Of a DNA stretch of 64,000 nucleotides, positions 37,913 through 47,833 are shown piece by piece. The notes beneath the pieces were generated by a model that was not told where the DNA came from, did not search any database, and was given only the letters and a program-made list of their open reading frames with translations. Position 1 is the first letter of the stretch; the number at the start of each line of letters is the position of its first letter. Source of the DNA: Nitrospinaceae bacterium (GTDB taxonomy: Bacteria > Nitrospinota > Nitrospinia > Nitrospinales > Nitrospinaceae); the NCBI GenBank assembly GCA_965223665.1, contig OZ245011.1:2016001-2080000 (forward strand), given 5' to 3'. The translations under genes and the position numbers were made by a program.

Positions 37913-38762
37913 ATTTATCAATATCTTTTTCGATGGATCGTCGGACGTAACCAATTCCGGACTTCTTCGCGATTTCCAGAGCCTGCTCCAAATAATCCAA
38001 ACCTTTTTTCGTTTCGCCCTTTTCAGCCCACACTCTACCCAAACCACTTAAATCCCATGCAACATCTGGGTGATCTTTTCCCAGGTTTTTCAAATCGCTT
38101 ATATATGCTTTCTCATAATAACCTAAGGCTTTATCGAAGGACTTCTTTTTTTCCCAGGCCAAACCGATTGCAAACCAATTTCTAGCCACTACTTGGTGAT
38201 CCTTTCCAAAACTGTTAATATTGCTGGCGAGAGCTTTCTCAAAATACTCAAGCGCTTTATCATAACCACCTTTTTTTCCCAACACTCTTCCTATATTGCT
38301 CCAGTCTTGCGCAACTTTAGGGTGATCTTGGTCCAAGTGTTTCAGATCAGTTGCGAGAGCTTTTTTAAAATGGATAAGAGACTTATCATAATTGCCTTTT
38401 GCTAACCAAATGGTCCCCATAAATTTATCCACTTGGCTTTTTTCCTCCGGATCCGCATCTTCGGCATCAAATTTCCTTTCTAATTTTTTACCCATAAAAG
38501 AATAAAGTTTATCTCCGTGGCCTGCCTCAACATAGGCCCTTAATAACTCACGCTTTCCTTTAAGTTCCGGATGGCTTTTTGCAAACGCTGCCATATGATT
38601 TCGTATCTCTTCTTCAGCGGCAAACTCCGAATTTTCTGAGCTCTCCCCACGGCCAGCAACCTCAGATGTACTTGTTGCATTAGCAGGTTTTTTTCCTCCG
38701 GCACAACCGTGAAAAAAAATTGCAGCGACCACGGTCAAAATAACAATAAGATTCATTCTCAA
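37905..38762 (-). CDS. TPR lipoprotein
   Basis: Lipobox FHGC-AG; TPRs; first gene of the array. Confidence 0.9.
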   Translation of the reverse strand: MRMNLIVILTVVAAIFFHGCAGGKKPANATSTSEVAGRGESSENSEFAAEEEIRNHMAAFAKSHPELKGKRELLRAYVEAGHGDKLYSFMGKKLERKFDAEDADPEEKSQVDKFMGTIWLAKGNYDKSLIHFKKALATDLKHLDQDHPKVAQDWSNIGRVLGKKGGYDKALEYFEKALASNINSFGKDHQVVARNWFAIGLAWEKKKSFDKALGYYEKAYISDLKNLGKDHPDVAWDLSGLGRVWAEKGETKKGLDYLEQALEIAKKSGIGYVRRSIEKDIDKYD

Positions 38763-39120
38763 AGAGTTCTTAAAACATCATCCCTAATAAAATTTTAAAA
38801 GATATTAAGAAGTCCCCAAGCGGGTTAAAAAGGTTACTTATAGTACCGGAAACTGGCCATTCACATTACCTGTTTTGGTGAGGGGAATCAAAATTTTATT
38901 GCGAGGCTCCACGGGTTGGTTAATTTTTCTAAGCCAATCCACAAAAAATATATGGGTACAGAAATGTCTGGTTTTGAGTCTGTCAAAAACCGATTCGAAA
39001 CTTTGTCATAACTTTTAAGACGGCAACATAAAGTTTTTATTAAATATCGGAATGACTCTCTTGCCAAGGACGCGTGAATTTGTAAAATAATCTCATCTAC
39101 CTAAAAAAGAGGAGGTGGCC

Positions 39121-39270
39121 GTGAATGGCATTCGACAAATGTTAGAGATGATTCAGGCGCTCTCGGAAGAGAACGCCACTTTGAAGCGGGAAAACCTGTT
39201 TTTGCAGACGCAAGTGAGCGCGCTAAAAAAATGGGGTTGGTCCAAAAGCCGCGTGGCTCCAAGACCGTAA
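39121..39270 (+). CDS. Small coiled-coil protein (49 aa), possibly frameshift-linked to the next ORF
   Basis: GGAGGTGG RBS, GTG start; MNGIRQMLEMIQALSEENATLKRENLFLQTQVSALKKWGWSKSRVAPRP*. Confidence 0.55.
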   Translation: MNGIRQMLEMIQALSEENATLKRENLFLQTQVSALKKWGWSKSRVAPRP

Positions 39271-39602
39271 AAGAGAATCATCCCAAAATCATTCAATTAC
39301 GCCCTAAGGGGAGGCTGGAAGAGGAGGAGGATCGTTGCTTGAAAACAACGAATCCTGATTTTTCGTCTCAACGGGCCTGGCTGGGTCTGGCGTTTCTCAT
39401 CAGCCTTACACTGATAATTACCTCCGGTTTCCACTCGCCACGGTCCAAATGGAATCCGCCGTCGGACATCGTAGAAACTGTATCTTCTCCGGAGCATCAT
39501 CCGGCTTACTACACAAAGCATGTTCCCTTGTGGGTGGCACACCCTTACACTTTTATCGACCCTCCAAATCCGAACGATCCCCCCTGGATTCGCCTCAAAT
39601 AG
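39231..39602 (+). CDS. Hypothetical single-pass membrane protein
   Basis: ORF track; one TM segment; start uncertain (GGAGG before the TTG at 39338). Confidence 0.5.
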   Translation: MGLVQKPRGSKTVKENHPKIIQLRPKGRLEEEEDRCLKTTNPDFSSQRAWLGLAFLISLTLIITSGFHSPRSKWNPPSDIVETVSSPEHHPAYYTKHVPLWVAHPYTFIDPPNPNDPPWIRLK

Positions 39603-39828
39603 CAGGCTAACACCTGCAGGTTAAATTGACTTTCCAATAGTCACATTGTTAAAGAACGCTTACAAGATTTTCGAAAGGATTGTGGGTTATTCACCAAGAG
39701 GATATTTTTTCCTCTCACCGGGAACGGTGGGTTTTGGTTTGATAAATCGAGCGTATGATTTATAATTTCATTAAAACTTATTGGGTTCGATACCAATCAT
39801 TTTTAAAAACTTCTTTTGAAAAATTCCC

Positions 39829-40506
39829 ATGCGTCTAATACTAATAATATTCTTAGCCCTTATGTTCCAGGGTTGCGCCCATAATTCAGATGAGTATAAA
39901 CAGGTCGGATTTCAATCCCAGGAAGAAGTCGAACCCTATATGGCCCATAGTCGAACCACGCAATTCTTAGCTAATCATCTAACGAAAGAAGAGTGGAACA
40001 AGTTTTATGATGCCTTTCCGGATTTACGATGGGAAAGAGCTTTCGAAAATAGTTTCAATACTGTGGTCACTCCCAATGGGCCCATAGTCGTTCCCACGGG
40101 CTCACCCGGACCCAATCCCGAACATACAGCATACGCCTGGCGAATGTTCACTATGGAAAGAAAAAAGAAGTGGGATCCGGAAACCATTCGTCGACTGGAT
40201 GCACGTGAATTGGTTATAGGCGACGATATTTTTCAAATCATTTATGCCACAGGCGTTCCAAGATTCGCAACGAATAACAACTATGGAAATCTCATCACAA
40301 TTTTAGCCTATAAACCCGACCTCGCTCTCCTTCTAAGAGAAGGAAAACTGGAATCAGTACATAGCTGCCCGGGATGCTGGGAGTACCAATCGGGAATGGG
40401 GTTATTGGGAACACTTAAGGGCATGAGCGATTATGAAGTCTTCGACAAATTAGATCTCAACGAGATTAAAAAGAAGGGGCTCGCGGGAACCCAGTTTTAC
40501 CATTAG
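39829..40506 (+). CDS. Hypothetical lipoprotein
   Basis: Lipobox FQGC. Confidence 0.8.
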   Translation: MRLILIIFLALMFQGCAHNSDEYKQVGFQSQEEVEPYMAHSRTTQFLANHLTKEEWNKFYDAFPDLRWERAFENSFNTVVTPNGPIVVPTGSPGPNPEHTAYAWRMFTMERKKKWDPETIRRLDARELVIGDDIFQIIYATGVPRFATNNNYGNLITILAYKPDLALLLREGKLESVHSCPGCWEYQSGMGLLGTLKGMSDYEVFDKLDLNEIKKKGLAGTQFYH

Positions 40507-40515
40507 GCATTTTGT

Positions 40516-40992
40516 ATGGAATCGCGAAAAATAAAAGAATCGAAATATATCAAAGGAATCGCCTGGTTTTCATTGGTCCATGCAGTCATAACCCATGCTG
40601 AATTATTCTTCAGGCAATGGTCAGAGGTTATATTCGTTTTAGCCAGTATGGGATTGATTGGCGCGATTTTTTTAATCAAGCGAGAGTATTGGGGATTGAT
40701 TATTTTAGCGGTTTATTATTTTCCGCAGATGGTCGTTATTTTCGCTCAGGATTTTTATATAAATTTCGCGGTAGGAATTAAAATTCAATTTTTTCTCCAC
40801 CTCCCTGAAGTTAAACTTGGAATTAATTTTGTGGCGATCGTGATTTTTGTCCTCTGCCTGGAACTGATGTGGGCCAATAGAAACTCTGCTACCGATGAAG
40901 CAGAAACCGAAGAAGCCAAGATTGAAACTACCAACCCCAGCGAGAATGAACTACCAAAAGAAAACCCCAAAGATCCAACCACATCACCCTAA
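40516..40992 (+). CDS. Hypothetical membrane protein
   Basis: 4 TM segments, acidic tail. Confidence 0.72.
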   Translation: MESRKIKESKYIKGIAWFSLVHAVITHAELFFRQWSEVIFVLASMGLIGAIFLIKREYWGLIILAVYYFPQMVVIFAQDFYINFAVGIKIQFFLHLPEVKLGINFVAIVIFVLCLELMWANRNSATDEAETEEAKIETTNPSENELPKENPKDPTTSP

Positions 40993-41051
40993 AACTTTTT
41001 TCTATTTAATCCACATCCTAAACGTGATCGAAGGTTCACATCATTCTCTTA

Positions 41052-42746
41052 CTACCTCACATTAAAAGAGCCTGGTGGGGCGGGTTTTTTCTGACGGGGT
41101 TTGGCGACACCGCGCTCCACTAATGCTTTAAGGCGAGCTTCCTCTTTGGCTTTTAAAGCTTCCGGGCTTTTATCGTATTGCTTAAACCGTCGCTGGGCCA
41201 ACGTATAAAACACTCCCGATGTTCCGAACTGATCCATGTAGTCTTTATAGTCCTGCGCGTTTTTACTGTTCTTGATTGCATTCCAAAACTCTTTGTCCAA
41301 CTCCAGTTGAATGGTTGCGGGAGTTTCTTGGGTCGACTTGGAAGCCATCGGCTTCTCTTTTTGTTTCGCATCAAATTTAACTAACGCCAGCGGCAGACGG
41401 CTTTCCAGGTCACCTTTGAAATCGGGAATCTGCGCCGACTTGGTTTTCGTTTTTACTTTTTCACGGACCCATTCATACGCTTCTTTCACATCCACCACGC
41501 CATTTTTTTTGCCGTCGGCAAACCCGTCGACTTCCACCGCCTGGTCCGTCAAGGCTTTAATCAGGTAATAAGTGAAGATGCTTTTCTTTTTATCTGCATC
41601 TTGACTTTGTTCTTTTTGACCAAACTCCTGCGACACCTGCGTGGCACGACTGGAAGTGATGATGTTAATACCTTCGTAAGACTTGCGCAGGTTTTTCAGA
41701 TAATCGTTGACGCTGTTCACTCCCTTGGCCTGCCCCACCGTACCAATGGCACCGCTGTGGCACACATCGGCGATGACCAGTTTGCGTTTCGCACGGTTCT
41801 CACTGATCCACCGGTAAATATCATCCATGCGCATGGAGGTACCCGGCAAATCCGAAGCGTCTGCATCGGACGGTAAAAAGAAAAATCGGTTAGACCGACG
41901 CGGGTCCGGCAGCCCGTGACCGGACAGATAAATCACTACGTAGTCCTGCTCGTCGGCTTCTTCTAAAAACGTTCCAAGGGCGGAACGAATGGAATTTAGA
42001 GTTACATTGTTTCCGGACAAAAACCGAATGTGATCTTCCGGAAAACTTCCGCCCTGTGGACTCTTTAAAAATTTATAAAACGCGGTGGCATCTTCCACCG
42101 GTGACGTCAGATCCGGGATGTTGCCTTTGTAATCCGCCACGCCGATGATCACCGCCCAGCGATCGCCTTTGAAAGCTTTTCTTCTGGATGGCTTCGACCG
42201 GGTTTGGCTTTTCTGTTTTTGCCCAAGGTTCTTTTTTTGATTTGCTAAAGCTTCTTCCAATTCTTTGATTTTAGCCTGGTCTTTTGCTCGGGTTTTCCTG
42301 TGTTCTTCTTTTAACTTATTAAGATTTTCTTTATACGATTTTTCCAAGTTCATTTGCTTGATTCTGACTTCCTTCATTTCCATTTCCAACTCCATGGCCT
42401 TTAACTGGTCTACCCCCTGCACTTCCTGCAATTTTTTCCGAATGTCTGACTCCCTTCTCGCGAGGGCATTTTTATAATCCTGAATCGAGTTGACATCTAT
42501 AGGTTCCCGATTACCATCCAGGGAATCATGGATACGAATTTTATTCTCCACCTTATCACCCATAACCTTGTCGCCGCCAAAGGTATCGCCAATATTAATG
42601 TTTCCTTTATTGTTAACGATATCGCCGGTTTGATTACCGCGGGCCTGAGCGTTCACCTCCTGAGAAATCCCAATCAAAAAACAGGCCAAAACTGCCCCCA
42701 TCAATAAGGATGCTGCCATGGATTGTTTTTGCGGTTCAGGAGTCAT
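41052..42746 (-). CDS. Secreted caspase-like (peptidase C14) protein with an N-terminal G/N/D-rich motif and coiled coil
   Basis: RWAVIIGVADY; catalytic YLSGHG and ADVCHSG; SIFTYYLIKAL, Q.P; signal peptide ending VNA-Q. Confidence 0.93.
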   Translation of the reverse strand: MTPEPQKQSMAASLLMGAVLACFLIGISQEVNAQARGNQTGDIVNNKGNINIGDTFGGDKVMGDKVENKIRIHDSLDGNREPIDVNSIQDYKNALARRESDIRKKLQEVQGVDQLKAMELEMEMKEVRIKQMNLEKSYKENLNKLKEEHRKTRAKDQAKIKELEEALANQKKNLGQKQKSQTRSKPSRRKAFKGDRWAVIIGVADYKGNIPDLTSPVEDATAFYKFLKSPQGGSFPEDHIRFLSGNNVTLNSIRSALGTFLEEADEQDYVVIYLSGHGLPDPRRSNRFFFLPSDADASDLPGTSMRMDDIYRWISENRAKRKLVIADVCHSGAIGTVGQAKGVNSVNDYLKNLRKSYEGINIITSSRATQVSQEFGQKEQSQDADKKKSIFTYYLIKALTDQAVEVDGFADGKKNGVVDVKEAYEWVREKVKTKTKSAQIPDFKGDLESRLPLALVKFDAKQKEKPMASKSTQETPATIQLELDKEFWNAIKNSKNAQDYKDYMDQFGTSGVFYTLAQRRFKQYDKSPEALKAKEEARLKALVERGVAKPRQKKPAPPGSFNVR

Positions 42747-44854
42747 TTCTTTTCACCCATTTCTTCTATAAGGGGATTCAGAAAACTATCCACCTCATTG
42801 ACCTTATAATCCAACTCGAATTTTTGATACATCAGCCTGGATTTTTGGTAATACTCTTTTGCCATAGGATAATTGCCTAGAATTTCGTTAACGTAACCCA
42901 GGTTAAACAATGTGGTACCCATATCCGGATGGCTTCCACCAAACGATTTATTTTGGTTGTTCAGCGCTTTTTCAAAATAGGTTTTCGCAGTAACAAAATC
43001 TTCTTTTTGAACCCACGCCGTTCCCATGTTGTTCCAATCAATAGCTACTTTGGGATGGTTTTCTCCAAAGTTTTTTAAATCACTGGACTCGGCCTTTTTA
43101 AAATATTCAATTGCCTTTTCCAGGTTCCCCTTGCCTTGCCAGGCCAATCCAAGGTTATTCCAACTGGTAGCAACATCAGGATGTTGTTCACCAAGATATT
43201 TTTTAAAACGTTCGCTGGCTTTTTCAAAGTACCGGATTGATTGGTCGAAGTCTCCTTTATTTTGCCAGACAAGCCCCAGATTATTCCAATTATGGGCGAG
43301 GTTCGGATATTCTTCCCCAAAGTTTTTAATATCGCTGTGCAGGGACTTGTTGAAAAATTCGATGGCCTTATCATACTCTCCCTTGTAATTCCACACACCT
43401 CCCAAATTATTCCAAAGCGTCGAAACAGAAGGATGATCTTTTCCATATACTTTAAGATTACTATTTAAGGCCTTTTCAAAATACTCAATTGCTTTGTCAT
43501 AATTTCCTTTAGCACTCCACGCTTCCCCCAGAAAATTCCAACTGGTATTATTAAAATGGTGATCACTTCCTAATGAGAGTTGTCGGCTCGCCAGAGCTTT
43601 TTTTAAAAAATCGATCCCCTTATCGGCATCTCCTTTTCGGAGCCAGGCTATCCCCAGTAAATCCCAACCCGTCGAAATTTTGGGATGCGTTTCATCATAA
43701 ACCTTATTAAAAATTTCCTGGGCACTCTGGAACAATTCGATTGCGTGATCGAATTGACCCTGGATCAAAAAAGACAACCCCAATGCACTTTTACTTTCTG
43801 CAACCTCAGGACTGAATTCGCCAGTGGTTTTTAAAAAAATATTTAGTGATTTTTCAAAATTCTCTGTGGCCTTTTCAATTTTTCCCTGCACGACCCAGGC
43901 ACCTCCCAGGTTCAGTAGTACTTCCGCAAACTCTTTATTGTTTTCTCCTATTTCCTTTTTGTTAATTTTAAAAGCTTCTTTCATCAAGGACTCGGTCTTA
44001 TCATATTGCCCCAGGTATATATACGAAATACTCAATTGATTCATAACATCGATCAAGGCAGGATAATCTTTGGAAGAAGAATTTTTATAAAGCCGCTGAG
44101 CTTTTTCCAGATAGGAGATGGCCTCCCGATTTTGTCCAAAATCATTTAAAAACTTTCCAAACTGATTTTGATAGGAAGGGTTTTCCGGACTCAACTGAAT
44201 AGCCTGCTTAAAATTTTTATACGCTTTCGAATAGTTAGCTTGGTTTTCCGCTAACTTGGCAATTTGAAACGCTGCTTCCGCCGCCTGTTTTTGAGTCTGC
44301 TCTAAAGATTTTAAGTTTTCACTCAAAGCCTGTTGGAACAAGGCTTCTGCTTTTTCCGTCTTACCTTTGGCCAGGTTTGACTGGGCTTCTGCCAGTTGAT
44401 CTTTAGGAATAGACGGCTGCCGCTCTAAGGCCGCCGTCGCCTCGGCCAATAGAATTTTAGTTTTTTCCAGATCTTTCTCGACATGTTTCAGTCGGTCTTC
44501 GGTAAACTTCAATACCTTTTCTAATAGCCCGACTTTTTCCTTATCCTTTTGCTGGCCCTTCTCATATTCACTTTTCAACTGCTCGCGGACTCTGTTGATT
44601 TCTTTTTCCAGTTCGCGTTTATGATCCTCCAGCGTGATGCCAATGTTGATTATTTTATTTCCCTGGACTTTATCTCCCTGAACCTGGTCTCCGAGATGCA
44701 CCTGTCCCTGGTTATTTTGGATGTCTCCAACCTGGTTTTCCTGGGCAAAAGCCCCCGGCACCCTCCCCAAAAAACCGCACACCAAAACGGCTCCTATATA
44801 TAAGGAAACAACTAATGATTTTTTTCGGTATTTAAGTGTCATTTTCGCACTCAT
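42743..44854 (-). CDS. Secreted TPR protein with an N-terminal G/N/Q/D-rich motif and coiled coil
   Basis: Signal peptide ending AFA-Q; about 12 TPRs; ATGA overlap with the caspase gene. Confidence 0.93.
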   Translation of the reverse strand: MSAKMTLKYRKKSLVVSLYIGAVLVCGFLGRVPGAFAQENQVGDIQNNQGQVHLGDQVQGDKVQGNKIINIGITLEDHKRELEKEINRVREQLKSEYEKGQQKDKEKVGLLEKVLKFTEDRLKHVEKDLEKTKILLAEATAALERQPSIPKDQLAEAQSNLAKGKTEKAEALFQQALSENLKSLEQTQKQAAEAAFQIAKLAENQANYSKAYKNFKQAIQLSPENPSYQNQFGKFLNDFGQNREAISYLEKAQRLYKNSSSKDYPALIDVMNQLSISYIYLGQYDKTESLMKEAFKINKKEIGENNKEFAEVLLNLGGAWVVQGKIEKATENFEKSLNIFLKTTGEFSPEVAESKSALGLSFLIQGQFDHAIELFQSAQEIFNKVYDETHPKISTGWDLLGIAWLRKGDADKGIDFLKKALASRQLSLGSDHHFNNTSWNFLGEAWSAKGNYDKAIEYFEKALNSNLKVYGKDHPSVSTLWNNLGGVWNYKGEYDKAIEFFNKSLHSDIKNFGEEYPNLAHNWNNLGLVWQNKGDFDQSIRYFEKASERFKKYLGEQHPDVATSWNNLGLAWQGKGNLEKAIEYFKKAESSDLKNFGENHPKVAIDWNNMGTAWVQKEDFVTAKTYFEKALNNQNKSFGGSHPDMGTTLFNLGYVNEILGNYPMAKEYYQKSRLMYQKFELDYKVNEVDSFLNPLIEEMGEKK

Positions 44855-45315
44855 TTATTACAAATTTAGGGATAGAGGGCTGTTACTGCACTTGAAAATT
44901 TCGCTATTATTATAATTTTTTTTCCAAAATATGCACCCTCACCCAAAACTCCCCCTCTGAAATTGGCGGAAATTATTGATTTTAAAAATTTTACAGCTCA
45001 TACTACCGATTAAATTCCGTCCCAGTTCCTATAAAAACAAGTTTTCAACGAATCGTAACACATAAAATGAGTCTATAGAGAGGGTTTCATTATTAATTGC
45101 CGACGGTTTGTCGAGCAATTTATGACAAAAGGGACTATATTTAATGACAGCATTAATATAGTTAAAACGATATTGATTGAAGTTCCCCGGTGTTATTTTC
45201 AGAATAGGTAATCGGTAACTCTATAGACATGTGAGCGGTGAGATGAGCGGTTCAAAAATTCATAGGGTGGGTTCGCCGAAAAATTTTTAAATTTGAAATC
45301 GACAAAGGGGGAAAC

Positions 45316-47832
45316 ATGAAGCCATTCAAATTTTCAGGGGCAATTTTAATTGCCAGTATTTTTTTATTGAACTGTATCACTGTATCCTGGGCACAGTCCA
45401 TTTCCGGTTTAGCATCTATTAAGGAAGCCACCAAGTCCAAAGGAAAAGTGCGTGTCATCGTTAGACTCAAAACAGCCACCCCAAGACCAACCGAAGCCTT
45501 ATTGAAAGGTGTTCGGTCCACCTTTTCCTCTACCATGTCTGCGGCCGGCGTTCAGGATTCTGAAGCGATCCCCGGGTCCGCTTTAATGGTTTTGACGTTG
45601 AATGATCAAGAGTTGCAGGCTCTGGAGAGAAGCGGACAAGTCACACAAATGTTCGAGGACAAAGCGTATCCTCCAAGCTTGAATCAGGCAGTCCCTCACG
45701 TCAATGGTGACGATACCTGGAACCTCGGGTTTACGGGAAGTGGACAAACCATCGCCATTTTAGATACCGGCGTGGATTCCAACCATTCCTTTTTTCAAAA
45801 CCGAATCGTGGCGGAAGCTTGTTTTTCCAGCACCGTACCCGGACAAGGCTCTACCTCGGTATGTCCTAACGGTCAAAACCAGCAAATAGGTCAAGGGGCC
45901 GGTAAGGATTGCACGAATACGATCAGCAGCTGTAGCCATGGAACTCACGTGGCCGGAATTGCCGCGGGAAATGGTGGAGATTTCTCCGGTGTGGCCAAGG
46001 ATGCCAATATTATTTCCATTCAGGTGTTTTCCAAATTTACCGATCAACCGGGTGGTGCCTCGAATTGTGCCAACGCCGGTCGACCTTCCCCCTGTATGCT
46101 CACATATATTTCTGATCAAATTAAAGCGCTGCAACATGTACGCACCCTGGCCAATACCATGGAAATCGCCTCGGTCAACATGAGTCTCGGCGGAGGAAAA
46201 TCTGTTTCGCATTGTGATAACGATCCTACAAAAGAATCGATTGATCAACTTCGTGGTTTGGACATTGCCACCGTCATTGCATCAGGAAACAGTTCGCATA
46301 CTGATGGAGTGGGTTTTCCATCCTGTGTTTCCTCCGCAATCACAGTCGGAGCCACGGCCCGATTTGTAGACAGTGTCGCCAGTTTTTCCAACAGTTCTCC
46401 ATTGATAGACTTGTTGGCTCCCGGTGTTAGCATCCGCGCCGCAGTTCCTGGCGGAGGATTGGGAAATAAAAGCGGAACTTCCATGGCTACTCCAATGGTC
46501 GCCGGGGCCTGGGCGGTTTTGATGCAGCAAAATCCAACCGCAACCGTTTCGGACATTGAAACTGTATTAAAAGACACTGGCGTCCTGGTAACCGATAACC
46601 GCAACAACGTCACCAAGCCTCGCATTGATATTCTTAAAGCGGCACAAGGTGGCGGACCACAACTGACGGCTGATATGGAGCTTGAGTTGAAAGGCAGTCC
46701 TAATGAAGTTTCACCCGGAATGGACGTGGCTTACACCTACACCATCAAAAACGTAGGCACCAAAGCCGGCGAAGCCAGACTGGTGAGTCATATCACTCCG
46801 GAAATCGAGTTTAAATCCGTATCCGCTAACAGTTGTAAAAATTCGCCCCAGGATGTGGTTTGTGAATTGTTCACCATTCAGCCCCAGGCGCACAAAGAAG
46901 TGACCATTAACTACACGGTCAAACAAACTTCCGCGACGCTGATCAACCATAACGCCGAAGTTCAAAGTCAGGATGACAGCAACTCGAATAATAATACCGC
47001 CTCGATACAGACTGCGGTAGCTCCTGCAACCGTTGCCGGCTCTCACTGTCTGTCACCGGATGTGAACATTGCGGACAATGACAACAAAGGGGTGTCCAGC
47101 ATGATGACTGTGGCGAACTCGACTTCTGCCACAAACTTGAAAGTGAAACTGGAAGTGGATCATAACTGGGTGGGTGATATCAAAGCCACACTCCGACATA
47201 TCCCGACCAATACAGTGATCACTTTGCTGGATCGACCGGGCCTTTCAACCTCAGCTTTTGGTTGTGGCAAAAATAATATCGATGTCACATTTGATGACTC
47301 AGCCTCGGAAGAAGCCAATGCAGCCTGCGAAACTCCCATTGCCATCGAAGGTAATTTGAAACCGGTTCAAACTCTGGCTTCGTTTGCAGGTGCCGATGCT
47401 AAAGGCGATTGGAAATTGAATGTGGCTGATATGGATGCTGGCGAAGCCGGTAAGCTCAAGAAGTGGTGCCTGGAATTGGAATCACCGGGTTTACCGCAAG
47501 TGGCAATCGCACCGGCACCTACGAAGGGAAATATTCAAAGCGCCAATCAGGAAGATAAATATGCGTTTACCATTCAGCAACCAGGAGATTACCAGGTGGT
47601 GGTCACAGGAAACCCGCAGGTTCAAATTTCGGTCCATTCGAAAGACAACCCGGGAACTCCCGTGGCTTCAGGCAATAACCAAACTGTGATCTCCGCTTTA
47701 GGAACCGGCGTGTATCATTTAACCGTCACTCCTAAAGATAATCAACAAACAGGAGACTACCAGCTGCAAGTGCACTCATTGAATCAGGGCAGTACCTCGG
47801 TGGCTGGACTGGCTTCTACATCGGATCAGTAA
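45316..47832 (+). CDS. S8 subtilisin-like protease with I9-like prodomain, DUF11-like, proprotein-convertase P and C-terminal PPC-like domains
   Basis: Catalytic triad ILDTG, HGTHVAG and SGTSMATP; P-domain H.WVGD...L...GDWKL.V.D...G.LKKW.L. Confidence 0.95.
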   Translation: MKPFKFSGAILIASIFLLNCITVSWAQSISGLASIKEATKSKGKVRVIVRLKTATPRPTEALLKGVRSTFSSTMSAAGVQDSEAIPGSALMVLTLNDQELQALERSGQVTQMFEDKAYPPSLNQAVPHVNGDDTWNLGFTGSGQTIAILDTGVDSNHSFFQNRIVAEACFSSTVPGQGSTSVCPNGQNQQIGQGAGKDCTNTISSCSHGTHVAGIAAGNGGDFSGVAKDANIISIQVFSKFTDQPGGASNCANAGRPSPCMLTYISDQIKALQHVRTLANTMEIASVNMSLGGGKSVSHCDNDPTKESIDQLRGLDIATVIASGNSSHTDGVGFPSCVSSAITVGATARFVDSVASFSNSSPLIDLLAPGVSIRAAVPGGGLGNKSGTSMATPMVAGAWAVLMQQNPTATVSDIETVLKDTGVLVTDNRNNVTKPRIDILKAAQGGGPQLTADMELELKGSPNEVSPGMDVAYTYTIKNVGTKAGEARLVSHITPEIEFKSVSANSCKNSPQDVVCELFTIQPQAHKEVTINYTVKQTSATLINHNAEVQSQDDSNSNNNTASIQTAVAPATVAGSHCLSPDVNIADNDNKGVSSMMTVANSTSATNLKVKLEVDHNWVGDIKATLRHIPTNTVITLLDRPGLSTSAFGCGKNNIDVTFDDSASEEANAACETPIAIEGNLKPVQTLASFAGADAKGDWKLNVADMDAGEAGKLKKWCLELESPGLPQVAIAPAPTKGNIQSANQEDKYAFTIQQPGDYQVVVTGNPQVQISVHSKDNPGTPVASGNNQTVISALGTGVYHLTVTPKDNQQTGDYQLQVHSLNQGSTSVAGLASTSDQ

Positions 47833-47833
47833 C

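Noticed and set aside
37913-38047. Extended N-termini given by the ORF track for the 35030 and 33248 genes
   Set aside because: They overlap the upstream gene or remnant; the lipoprotein signal peptides start at 37912 and 34903.
32238-44200. 126-bp periodicity suggesting a DNA repeat array or DGR template/variable repeats
   Set aside because: Explained by 42-aa TPR units; no reverse transcriptase and no adenine-specific mismatch pattern seen.
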